From: a bacterium
GTDB lineage: Bacteria > DRYD01
Direction: 5' to 3'
Assembly: GCA_039630415.1 (NCBI GenBank)
Contig: JBCNVB010000003.1
Span: 1-64,000, forward strand
DNA length: 64,000 bases
The position numbers were made by a program, and so were the translations under genes. Shown piece by piece: positions 48,417 through 56,963 of this stretch. The number at the start of each line of letters is the position of its first letter. Position 1 is the first letter of the stretch. Below the pieces are notes generated by a model. That model was not told the DNA's origin. It made no database searches and worked only from the letters and a program-made list of their open reading frames with translations.

Positions 48417-48450
48417 TATCTATAACCTAGCATCTATAACCATAGCATCT
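48414..48450. repeat. Short imperfect tandem repeat (TAG(T/C)ATCTATAACC, about 2.5 copies) at the peptidase stop codon
   Basis: tagtatctataacc / tagcatctataacca / tagcatct. Confidence 0.75.
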
Positions 48451-48464
48451 TTTAAACTATAGTT

Positions 48465-48507
48465 AAAGAAAAAAATAGAGGCTAGGATAATAAAACCCCA
48501 GCCCCTA
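48465..48507 (-). terminator. Rho-independent terminator of the pilin array
   Basis: 11-bp stem UAGGGGCUGGG / CCUAGCCUCUA (two G-U pairs) followed by a U7 tract, 12 nt after the last pilin stop. Confidence 0.8.
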
Positions 48508-48519
48508 GAGTTATGTATG

Positions 48520-49119
48520 TTATCTTATACCCTGTAGTAAGATATACATAGATACGTTTGTAGCTGTGTAGGCTGCTGTGGTTATGCCTGACAATGATGC
48601 TGCGTTTGCGTTCCCACCTACTATTAAACCTGTGTTGTTAACTCCATCGTCCATATCTGTGTCTATTTTGGTTAAACTACTTGCTGATATAGCATTCGCA
48701 CCACCAACTGTAGGATTAAGAACTTCTAAGCCAATTCCTCTTACAAAGTTATATCCTGCTTGTCCAGCGAAGTTAAATCCAGCTGCAGCAGTTTGGACAA
48801 TAATTCTGTAGTTAGTTTTCCAAGGGCTGGCTTCAGTCCATGTTGCGGTGGTGCTTGGAGAAGGTCTTTCTATATACGGACCTCTCCAGTTGGCATTAGT
48901 AGGACCGTTGTTTACTAAATCGTTCCAAGTGTCCGGAAATATGTTTAAATCATTGTAGTACAGTAGAACTGCAGTTTTTAAAGAACGTATTTCTCCTATC
49001 ATTCTACTTATTCTTGAATCTTCTACTCTGTTTGTTATGAATGGCAGTAAGATAGCTGCTAGAATAATTATGATTGCTATTACTACCAGCAACTCTATTA
49101 AGGTAAATCCTCTTTTCAT
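48520..49119 (-). CDS. GspG-like prepilin, array copy E (last transcribed)
   Basis: KRG|FTLIELLVV, WRGPY, PW..Y, ID..MDDG, ends LLQGIR; SD AGGGGGG. Confidence 0.9.
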   Translation of the reverse strand: MKRGFTLIELLVVIAIIIILAAILLPFITNRVEDSRISRMIGEIRSLKTAVLLYYNDLNIFPDTWNDLVNNGPTNANWRGPYIERPSPSTTATWTEASPWKTNYRIIVQTAAAGFNFAGQAGYNFVRGIGLEVLNPTVGGANAISASSLTKIDTDMDDGVNNTGLIVGGNANAASLSGITTAAYTATNVSMYILLQGIR

Positions 49120-49597
49120 TTCTTAGCTTCCCCCCCTTTTTATAATTTCCTTTGATTTGTAAAAAACACGGTTTTTACCTTATACCTTGAAGAAGTACAT
49201 ATACTGAAGCATTGACAGTAGTATATGCTGTTGGTGCTATAGTAGATAAGCTTGCAGCGTTTGCTGTACCTCCTACAATTAATCCTGTTGTAGCTGTTCC
49301 GTTATCCATTTCTGTATCTATTCTATTTAGGCTTGATGGTGGTATTCTATTCAAACCACTGCCTGTTGGGGTTTCCGGATTTGTTATTTCTAATCCTATT
49401 CCTCTTACAAATTGAAATGATGCTTGTCCAGCAAAGTTAAATCCTGCTGTAGCAGTTTGAACAATAATTCTGTAGTTAGTTTTCCAAGGGCTGGCTTCAG
49501 TCCATGTTGCGGTGGTGCTTGGAGAAGGTCTTTCTATATACGGACCTCTCCAGTTGGCATTAGTAGGACCGTTGTTTACTAAATCGTTCCAAGTGTC
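48797..49597. repeat. 137-bp exact direct repeat (48797-48933 = 49461-49597) shared by pilin copies E and D
   Basis: Base-by-base comparison, offset 664. A second exact 36-bp match has the same offset (49066-49101 = 49730-49765). Confidence 0.9.
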
Positions 49598-49783
49598 TGG
49601 AAATATGTTTAAATCATTATAGTACAAAATAGCTGCAGTTTTTAAGGAACGTATTTCTCCTGCCATTCTACTTACTCTCGAGTCTTCTATTCTGTTTGTT
49701 ATGAAGGGTAGTAAGATGGTTGCTAGAACAATTATGATTGCTATTACTACCAGCAACTCTATTAAAGTAAATCCTTTTTTCAT
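49175..49783 (-). CDS. GspG-like prepilin, array copy D
   Basis: KKG|FTLIELLVV, WRGPY, ends LLQGIR; SD AAGGAGGT. Confidence 0.9.
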   Translation of the reverse strand: MKKGFTLIELLVVIAIIIVLATILLPFITNRIEDSRVSRMAGEIRSLKTAAILYYNDLNIFPDTWNDLVNNGPTNANWRGPYIERPSPSTTATWTEASPWKTNYRIIVQTATAGFNFAGQASFQFVRGIGLEITNPETPTGSGLNRIPPSSLNRIDTEMDNGTATTGLIVGGTANAASLSTIAPTAYTTVNASVYVLLQGIR

Positions 49784-49831
49784 TCACCCTACCTCCTTTC
49801 TCTAACAATATTTTTGTAATTTCCTCATTTT

Positions 49832-50440
49832 TTATCTTATTCCCTGAAGGAGAATGTAAACTGAAGCGTCTGGGAGATTATAACCTGTTGCTGATATGTT
49901 TGAAAGACTACTACCATTTGGTTTTCTGCCTACGATTAATCCTTTTACATCTGACCCATCATCGATTTGATCATCTATTTTGTTTAGGCTCGATGGTGAG
50001 ATTCTATTCATACCACTACCTGTTGGAGTTTCTGGATTTGTTATTTCCAATCCTATTCCTTTTACAAAAACAAACTCTGGTTGTCCTGCGAAGTAAAATC
50101 CTGCTGGATCAGTTGTTACTAACAAAATGTAGTTAGTTTTCCATGGGCTGGCCTCAGTCCATACTTCAGTAGAGCTTGGAGAGGGTTTTTCGATGTAAGG
50201 TCCTCTCCACCTCGGATTACTAGGACTGTTATTAACTAAATCATTCCAAGTATTTGGAAATACATTTAGATCATTATAGTACAAAATGGTTGCAGTTTTT
50301 AAAGAACGTGTTTCTCCTCTCATTCTAGCTATTTTTGAATCTTCTACTCTATTTGTTATGAATGGTAATAGGATAGCTGCTAATATGATTATAAATGCTA
50401 TTACTATCAATAATTCTGTAAGAACGAAACCTTTTTTCAT
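49832..50440 (-). CDS. GspG-like prepilin, array copy C
   Basis: KKG|FVLTELLIV, WRGPY, ends LLQGIR; weak SD. Confidence 0.88.
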   Translation of the reverse strand: MKKGFVLTELLIVIAFIIILAAILLPFITNRVEDSKIARMRGETRSLKTATILYYNDLNVFPNTWNDLVNNSPSNPRWRGPYIEKPSPSSTEVWTEASPWKTNYILLVTTDPAGFYFAGQPEFVFVKGIGLEITNPETPTGSGMNRISPSSLNKIDDQIDDGSDVKGLIVGRKPNGSSLSNISATGYNLPDASVYILLQGIR

Positions 50441-50484
50441 CTTATTTGTACCGTATCCTTTGTGTGGGGTTTCCCATAGATTTT

Positions 50485-51102
50485 TTATCTTATACCTTGT
50501 AGGAGAATATAAACTGAAGCGTTTACTGTACTATAGGATGCTGGTGCTATAGCAGATAAACTTGTAGCGTTTGCTGCTCCTCCTATGATTAATCCTGATG
50601 TAGCTGATCCATTATCCATTTCTGTATCTATTTTGTTCAAACTATTTGTTGATATTACGTTAACACCACTGCCAGGTGGAGTTTCTGGATTTGTAACTTC
50701 CAATCCTATTCCTCTCGTAAAATTGAACGCTGCTTGACCTGCAAAGTTGAATCCTGCTGCGTTATCTTGGACGATTATTCTGTAGTTTGTTTTCCATGGA
50801 CTTGCTTGGTTCCATGTAGCAGTAGTGGTTGGAGGAATTTTTTCTATATATGGGCCTCTCCAGTTGGCATTCGTAGGACCATTAGAAACTAGATCATCCC
50901 AAGTATTTGGGAATATACTCAAATCATTATAGTATAGTAAAACTGCAGTTTTTAGTGATCTTATTTCTTCTATCATCCTGCTTATTCTTGAATCTTCTAC
51001 ACGATTGATCAAGTATGGTAGTAGTATTGCTGCTAGAATAATTATGATAGCTACTACTACTAGCAGTTCTATTAGAGTAAACCCTTGTTTTTGGTTTTTC
51101 AT
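50485..51102 (-). CDS. GspG-like prepilin, array copy B
   Basis: KQG|FTLIELLVV, WRGPY, ends LLQGIR; SD AAGGAGGT. Confidence 0.9.
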   Translation of the reverse strand: MKNQKQGFTLIELLVVVAIIIILAAILLPYLINRVEDSRISRMIEEIRSLKTAVLLYYNDLSIFPNTWDDLVSNGPTNANWRGPYIEKIPPTTTATWNQASPWKTNYRIIVQDNAAGFNFAGQAAFNFTRGIGLEVTNPETPPGSGVNVISTNSLNKIDTEMDNGSATSGLIIGGAANATSLSAIAPASYSTVNASVYILLQGIR

Positions 51103-51132
51103 ACGATTTACCTCCTTGACATTTTTGTATTT

Positions 51133-51759
51133 TTAATAGGTATAGATTAGTACATACATGGATTTGGAAGTGCCAACATAATTTTGTCCAGATATCCCTT
51201 GTATATTATTATTTGTTACGAAGGGATTTTGGTTGGGATTTGCTTCTAGGGCCATTCCTGTTCCAGCATGATTATTGTCTATATCCTGATCTATTTTTTG
51301 TAGTGATAGTGGTATTATAGCTGGGCCACCACCTACAAGTGGATTTGTTATTTCTATTGCTACTGCATTTCTGAAAGGATATAGGTTGGTAGTGGTTGCG
51401 AATCTGTGGTCTTGGTTTGCCGATAGCAATGTTATTAGCCTGTAGTCTGTTTTCCAAGGTGAAGCTGAGGACCATATTGCTCCTGTACTTCCTGGAACTC
51501 TTGCTAAGTATGGACCTCGCCAGCCGTTACCTGTTGGTGTTACAAAGTGATTCCATGCTGATGGTAGGCTTGTTGTATCATTGAAGAACATAGCACATGC
51601 GTTTTTCAATGCTAAAATGTCTTGCTCGATTTTGGATATCCTACTATCTTCTACTTGTTTTGCAACGTATGGTAAAAGCGCTGCTAGTAGAATGCTAATA
51701 GCTATTATAACAACTACCACCTCTATTACAGTAAACCCTCTTTTTTTTCTCATTTTCAT
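51133..51759 (-). CDS. GspG-like prepilin, array copy A (first transcribed, most divergent)
   Basis: KRG|FTVIEVVVV, VEDSRIS, WRGPY, ASPWKTDY, EITNP, KID.DID. Confidence 0.88.
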   Translation of the reverse strand: MKMRKKRGFTVIEVVVVIIAISILLAALLPYVAKQVEDSRISKIEQDILALKNACAMFFNDTTSLPSAWNHFVTPTGNGWRGPYLARVPGSTGAIWSSASPWKTDYRLITLLSANQDHRFATTTNLYPFRNAVAIEITNPLVGGGPAIIPLSLQKIDQDIDNNHAGTGMALEANPNQNPFVTNNNIQGISGQNYVGTSKSMYVLIYTY

Positions 51760-51834
51760 TTTTCCTAGGACCCCCTATGTATTTCCCTGGGAACCCTATA
51801 TATTTGTTAGTAAATGTACTTCAAAAAATCCTTC

Positions 51835-53454
51835 CTACGATACTCTGGTAAGACATTTTAAAGCTACTTTTTTATCACTGAACTCTTTTATAGACTTGCC
51901 AATTATTTGATATTTTTCGTGTCCTTTCCCTGCTATGAGTACTATATCTTTTGTCTGTGCTAATTCTATTCCTTTTCTGATCGCATTTTCTCTATCGAGC
52001 TCTACAATAACATTTTTTGAATCTATTTTGACACCCTTTTTAATGTCTTCAATGATTAGTAAGGGATCTTCATTTCTTGGATTGTCAGAGGTAAGTATGA
52101 TTATATCTGCATACTTTGAAGCTACTTTACCCATTAGTGGCCTTTTAGTCTTATCTCTGTTACCTCCAGCACCGAAAACTACTATTAGTTTACCTGAATC
52201 CTTTTTTATAGACTTCAAAGTTTTCAGTATTCTTTTCAATGCATCTGGACTATGAGCATAATCTATAAACACTAATGGATCTTTGCTAACTAATTCTAGT
52301 CTCCCTGCATCAGCTAAAAATTTCGAGCTATTAGCTAATAAATTAACTACTTGATCAAGGTAAAACTTTACTGGAAGGTCTCCTAAAACGTAGTTTATAA
52401 AAAGATAACACGAAATGTACACAATGGATAAGTTTTCAAAGTTATGTAACCCTATTAGATCTGTTTTTATGTTTTGTACAATCTTTTGTTTTTTTATTGG
52501 ATCTATAAAAGACAGGTTAAACGAACTTTGTGAGGTTTCTGAATAGTCACAGTTTTTGAAACTTCTTATTTTAAAAGATATAATATCCGCTTTATTTTGG
52601 GATAATTCGTTAATAAGTCTCCTACCATAAGAATTAGAGCTACATATTATTTTAAAGTCTGAGCTGTAATCTGTAAAAAGCTTCTTCTTAGCTGAAAAAT
52701 AGTTTTGCATTGTTTTATGATAGTCTAGATGTTCTCTAGATAAGTTAGTAAAACTTACAACTTTAAACTCTATCCCCTTTACTCTTTCTTGGTCTAGAGA
52801 ATGAGAGGATACTTCCATGAACACATTCTTAACTCCTCTATCTCTACAAGTTTTCAGTAAAAAGTAGTTTGTACATATATCAGGTGTTGTTAAGGGAATA
52901 TTACTAGTGGAGGATTCGTAAATAACTTGGTCTTTTATGCAGTATTTAACTGTTCCTATTAAACATGAACTAAAAATTGGGTCTTTTTTTGATAATTCTT
53001 GAAATATACTGTAAAGTATAGTAGTAGTTGTTGTTTTTCCATTTGTTCCTGTTATACCGAAGATGTTTAAACTTTTTGCCGGATGATCATAAAAGAAATT
53101 TAGCAATTTATCTAAATCTCTCTTTAAGTTTTCTACTACTACATAGTTGATATGACTTGGAAGCATATGGTAATTACAATCTTTATCAGCTATTACTAGC
53201 TTTGGATTAAGATCAAGAATAGGTTTCAAGTAGTGTTCTAATGGATCTTTCGAACCTTTCAAAGCTATAAAACCAACATCGCAACTGCTATAACTGCAAC
53301 TGCTACAAATAGATCTAAACAAACCATACAGTGAACTGTTTAAAATAAAAAAATCTATCTTGTGATCACTGTTTACATTGATCTTAATCAACTTAAATGA
53401 TAAACTAAGAAAATCAACTATATCAGAAATTTTTTTGTAATTTTTGTTAACCAT
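51835..53454 (-). CDS. murE: UDP-N-acetylmuramoyl-L-alanyl-D-glutamate--2,6-diaminopimelate ligase
   Basis: GITGTNGKTTT, TTPD, MEVSSH, FTNLS.EHLDYH, DYAH.PD, DNPR (meso-DAP motif), AGKGHE.YQ. Confidence 0.95.
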   Translation of the reverse strand: MVNKNYKKISDIVDFLSLSFKLIKINVNSDHKIDFFILNSSLYGLFRSICSSCSYSSCDVGFIALKGSKDPLEHYLKPILDLNPKLVIADKDCNYHMLPSHINYVVVENLKRDLDKLLNFFYDHPAKSLNIFGITGTNGKTTTTTILYSIFQELSKKDPIFSSCLIGTVKYCIKDQVIYESSTSNIPLTTPDICTNYFLLKTCRDRGVKNVFMEVSSHSLDQERVKGIEFKVVSFTNLSREHLDYHKTMQNYFSAKKKLFTDYSSDFKIICSSNSYGRRLINELSQNKADIISFKIRSFKNCDYSETSQSSFNLSFIDPIKKQKIVQNIKTDLIGLHNFENLSIVYISCYLFINYVLGDLPVKFYLDQVVNLLANSSKFLADAGRLELVSKDPLVFIDYAHSPDALKRILKTLKSIKKDSGKLIVVFGAGGNRDKTKRPLMGKVASKYADIIILTSDNPRNEDPLLIIEDIKKGVKIDSKNVIVELDRENAIRKGIELAQTKDIVLIAGKGHEKYQIIGKSIKEFSDKKVALKCLTRVS

Positions 53455-53496
53455 CTACCTTTATGATTTTCTTCTACGTTCTAGAAATATGTCCTA

Positions 53497-53513
53497 TTGA
53501 AGGTGTACTTCAA
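53497..53513. promoter_or_regulatory. Inverted repeat TTGAAG-N5-CTTCAA in the divergent murE/carboxyltransferase promoter region
   Basis: ttgaag gtgta cttcaa read directly. Confidence 0.45.
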
Positions 53514-53574
53514 AAGGTATTAAATTTTAAAAGTGGTAACTATTGGATTTTCTTAAGACGGGGGTAAAATAAAG

Positions 53575-55203
53575 ATGCTCTTACAAGAAATTACTTTTAA
53601 CCGTATAAAAACCCAAATAGACACAAAATCTCTTGAGTACAAAAGTAATTACGATTATCACAAAGGATTAGCTCAGGTACTACATGAAAGAATAAAAAGG
53701 ATAATGGAGGGTGGATCTGAAGAAGCTAAACAAAAACACATACAACGTGGAAAACTTTTGGTAAGAGATAGAATAAAAAACCTAATAGATCCAGATACAG
53801 ATTTTTTTGAATTGTCCATTTTTGCAGGACATGAACTTTATGAAGATTATATTCCTGCAGGAGGAATAATAACTGGTATAGGACTAGTTGAAGGTAAATT
53901 TTGCATGATAGTTGCAAATGATGCTACTGTCAAAGGTGGAACCTACTATCCTATAACAGTTAAAAAACACATCAGAGCTCAGGAAATAGCAATGCAAAAC
54001 AGATTACCAACAATATATCTCGTAGACTCTGGGGGAGCTTTCTTACCTCTTCAAGCTGAAGTATTCCCCGACAAAGAACACTTCGGAAGAATATTTTATA
54101 ACCAAGCGAGAATGTCTGCTATGGGTATACCACAAATAGCTGTTGTAATGGGATCTTGTACAGCAGGAGGAGCTTACGTTCCTGCTATGAGTGACGAAGT
54201 TGTAATAGTTAAAAATCAAGGTACAATATTTTTAGGTGGACCACCTTTGGTTAAAGCTGCTACCGGCGAAGAAATATCTGCTGAAGAACTAGGTGGAGGA
54301 GATGTTCATACCAGAATATCTGGAGTAGCTGACTACCTCGCTGATAATGATTACCATGCTATTCAAATAACTCGACATATAGTCAAGAATCTTAACTATG
54401 AACCAATTCCATCTCTAACTCAATATGATCCGGAAGAACCCTACTACGATCCAGATGAAATATATGGCATACTTCCAAAAGACCTAAGAAAACCTTTCGA
54501 CATAAGAGAAATTATTGCCAGAATAGTAGATGGAAGTTATTTCCATGAGTTCAAACCGTTGTATGGTAGTACATTAGTTTGTGGATTTGCAAGAATACAC
54601 GGATACATAGTAGGAATAGTGGCAAATAATGGTGTACTGTTTTCTCAATCCGCCCTAAAAGGAGCCCACTTTATTCAACTATGCAACAAAAGAAAAATAC
54701 CCATAATCTTCTTACAGAATATAACCGGTTTTATGGTTGGAAAACAGTATGAACATGGTGGAATAGCAAAAGATGGTGCAAAAATGATAAATACAGTGGC
54801 TAATTCTGAGGTTCCCAGAATAACTATAATCGTTGGAGGATCTTTTGGAGCGGGAAATTATGGAATGTGCGGAAGAGCATATAATCCAAGATTTTTGTTC
54901 ATGTATCCCAACGCAAAAATATCAGTTATGGGAGGGGAGCAAGCTGCATTAACACTTCTTACTGTCAAAGAACAACAACTTAAAGCCAAGGGAATAAGTA
55001 TGTCAGAAGAAGAAAAACAAGAATTTATGAAGAAGATAATAGAAAAATATGATTACGAAGGAAGTGCTTACTACTCCTCAGCTAGGTTGTGGGATGATGG
55101 AATAATCAACCCTATACAAACAAGAAAGGTACTTGCTAGGGTACTTAGTGTATGCTCTTATAGCCCCATAGAAGACTCTACTTATGCAATCTTTAGAATG
55201 TAA
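53575..55203 (+). CDS. Acyl-CoA carboxylase carboxyltransferase subunit (3-methylcrotonyl-CoA carboxylase beta-like)
   Basis: [75 protein letters not shown]. Confidence 0.9.
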   Translation: MLLQEITFNRIKTQIDTKSLEYKSNYDYHKGLAQVLHERIKRIMEGGSEEAKQKHIQRGKLLVRDRIKNLIDPDTDFFELSIFAGHELYEDYIPAGGIITGIGLVEGKFCMIVANDATVKGGTYYPITVKKHIRAQEIAMQNRLPTIYLVDSGGAFLPLQAEVFPDKEHFGRIFYNQARMSAMGIPQIAVVMGSCTAGGAYVPAMSDEVVIVKNQGTIFLGGPPLVKAATGEEISAEELGGGDVHTRISGVADYLADNDYHAIQITRHIVKNLNYEPIPSLTQYDPEEPYYDPDEIYGILPKDLRKPFDIREIIARIVDGSYFHEFKPLYGSTLVCGFARIHGYIVGIVANNGVLFSQSALKGAHFIQLCNKRKIPIIFLQNITGFMVGKQYEHGGIAKDGAKMINTVANSEVPRITIIVGGSFGAGNYGMCGRAYNPRFLFMYPNAKISVMGGEQAALTLLTVKEQQLKAKGISMSEEEKQEFMKKIIEKYDYEGSAYYSSARLWDDGIINPIQTRKVLARVLSVCSYSPIEDSTYAIFRM

Positions 55204-55205
55204 CT

Positions 55206-56252
55206 ATGAATATGTTGGATTTAGAACTACAAAAGTTAGGAATACATAGATCTAAAGAGCCAGCACATGTATTACCGCAAGCAGCTTATAAAGTTGATAA
55301 CTCTTTACCAATATCTGAAACTGAAATTCTATTTGAAATAGACTCTCTGAATATAGATTCAGCAAGTTTTAGAAATTTGTTGGAAATTTCTGAAAACTCA
55401 GAAAGTAAACTTAAACAAAAGATATCGGAAATAGTAAAAGAGAGGGGAAAAATGCATAATCCTCAAACTAACTCGGGAGGAGTATTCAAAGGCAAGATTA
55501 AGCAAATTGGAAACATATACAATCAATATCATCAGAATAAATATCAGTTGGGAAGCAAGGTTGTGTCATTAACTTCTTTGACATTCACTCCTCTATATTT
55601 GGAGGAAATATACGATGTAGATATAAAAGGATGTACTGTATTTGTTAAAGGTTACGCGATTTTATTTTTGAATAGTCCCTTTGCGGTAATAGATGGATAT
55701 GAAATACAAGAGGAAATAATAATGAAAGTATTGGATGTAGCTGGAGCACCTGCACAAGTAGCAAGATATACTAAACTATCCAGTAAGGTTGTAATACTTG
55801 GATCGGGTAAATCTTCAATACTTGCATCATACGAAGCTATGAAGCGAGTAGGACCAACAGGAAAGGTAATTGTAATATCAAACAATCAAGAAGAATTAGA
55901 CTATTTTTTAAAAAATCATCTTTGTCATGAGGTAATTCTGTCTGATGCTACTGACCCTATCCAAACTTATCAAAAATACCTACGGACAAATGATCAACTA
56001 GCAGATTTAGTAGTTAATTGTACTAATGTACCTGATACCGAAGCTACAACTATACTGCTAACTAAGGATTTTGGTATATCATACTTTTTCTCGATGGCTA
56101 CATCTTTTCAGAAGGCTGCTTTACAAGCGGAGGGACTTGCTAAAAATGTCGAATTAATCATTGGTAATGGATACTACCCAGACCACTACAAAATAGCTCT
56201 TAATTGTTTAATTGAAAATCCCCATATACTTGAGTTTTTTAAAATTAAGTAG
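55206..56252 (+). CDS. kdd: L-erythro-3,5-diaminohexanoate dehydrogenase (lysine fermentation)
   Basis: G.HR..EP..VLPQAA.K.DN, LNIDSASF, ERGKM.NP.T.SGG, SL..TPL, LDVAGAPAQV, FFSMATSF..AAL.AEG, IGNGY. Confidence 0.85.
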   Translation: MNMLDLELQKLGIHRSKEPAHVLPQAAYKVDNSLPISETEILFEIDSLNIDSASFRNLLEISENSESKLKQKISEIVKERGKMHNPQTNSGGVFKGKIKQIGNIYNQYHQNKYQLGSKVVSLTSLTFTPLYLEEIYDVDIKGCTVFVKGYAILFLNSPFAVIDGYEIQEEIIMKVLDVAGAPAQVARYTKLSSKVVILGSGKSSILASYEAMKRVGPTGKVIVISNNQEELDYFLKNHLCHEVILSDATDPIQTYQKYLRTNDQLADLVVNCTNVPDTEATTILLTKDFGISYFFSMATSFQKAALQAEGLAKNVELIIGNGYYPDHYKIALNCLIENPHILEFFKIK

Positions 56253-56311
56253 AAGGTATGTAATTGTTGGTCAAGAATATCATATAAAGACCAGTATACC
56301 TACTAATCAAA

Positions 56312-56761
56312 ATGTCAATAGACAAGGAAAAACCATACCTAGAATTATCAAAAATAAAAGAAATAGCCTCAGAAATTTTGGATGTAGTATTCGTTAAAAA
56401 CTACGTTATAAAAAAAGAATATAAACCTGATGTAGATATATTCAAATTCAGCCAAAACAATAAGGAGTATTTTCTAATAGTAGTAGCGCTACCTGGTATC
56501 AAAAAGGACTCTATAGAAATATCACTTGATCAAGACTTATTGACAATAAGTGCTAAAAGAGAACTATTTTTCCCTACAGAAATGATAAATATAGAAGGTG
56601 ATATACTTGAGTTCATAAACAATAACTCAATATCAATAGAGAATTACTACGGTAATATATTCAGGAAAATAAGATTACCTAAACCAGTAAAGGCGAAAGA
56701 AGAAAAAGCAACGTATTTCAAAGGAATGCTTTTTATAAAACTCGAGGTTTTACAAGATTGA
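56312..56761 (+). CDS. Hsp20/alpha-crystallin family protein
   Basis: P.VDI, LPGIKK..I.I, L.ISA.R, E.YYG...R.I.LP, A.Y..G.L.I. Confidence 0.88.
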   Translation: MSIDKEKPYLELSKIKEIASEILDVVFVKNYVIKKEYKPDVDIFKFSQNNKEYFLIVVALPGIKKDSIEISLDQDLLTISAKRELFFPTEMINIEGDILEFINNNSISIENYYGNIFRKIRLPKPVKAKEEKATYFKGMLFIKLEVLQD

Positions 56762-56762
56762 A

Positions 56763-56963
56763 ATGAAACAAATAGTAATACAAGCTATAAAAATGTATAG
56801 GAAACTAAAAATGAGGCCTGCGGTATGTAGATACTATCCATCCTGCTCAGAATACATGATACTCAGTATAGAGAAATACGGGCTTATAAAAGGAATATTA
56901 AAAGGTTTAATCAGAATAGTAAGGTGTAATCCTTTAGGTAAGGGAGGAATTGATTATCCATAA
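56763..56963 (+). CDS. yidD: Membrane protein insertion efficiency factor YidD
   Basis: CRYYPSCSEY...I.KYG..KG....RI.RCNP...GG.D.P. Confidence 0.93.
   Translation: MKQIVIQAIKMYRKLKMRPAVCRYYPSCSEYMILSIEKYGLIKGILKGLIRIVRCNPLGKGGIDYP

Noticed and set aside
48414-48450. Mini CRISPR array
   Set aside because: The units are only 14-15 bp and directly adjacent with no spacers; no cas operon is present.
48520-51759. Diversity-generating retroelement (TR/VR pair) explanation for the pilin repeats
   Set aside because: No reverse transcriptase in the window; the shared tract has no mismatches; flanking differences are not adenine-specific; both copies lie within intact genes.
48520-51759. Shufflon or invertible cassette system
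   Set aside because: All copies are in the same orientation with their own N-termini; no recombinase gene or flanking inverted repeats were seen.
53281-53310. Short duplication in murE encoding CSSCSYSSC
   Set aside because: An in-frame 15-bp-period slippage in the variable N-terminal domain; no evidence of function.
51815-53515. 12-bp direct repeat TGTACTTCAAAA flanking murE as a target-site duplication
   Set aside because: murE is a core gene with no mobility genes nearby; the repeat is better explained as a shared promoter element (TTGAAG on the minus strand).
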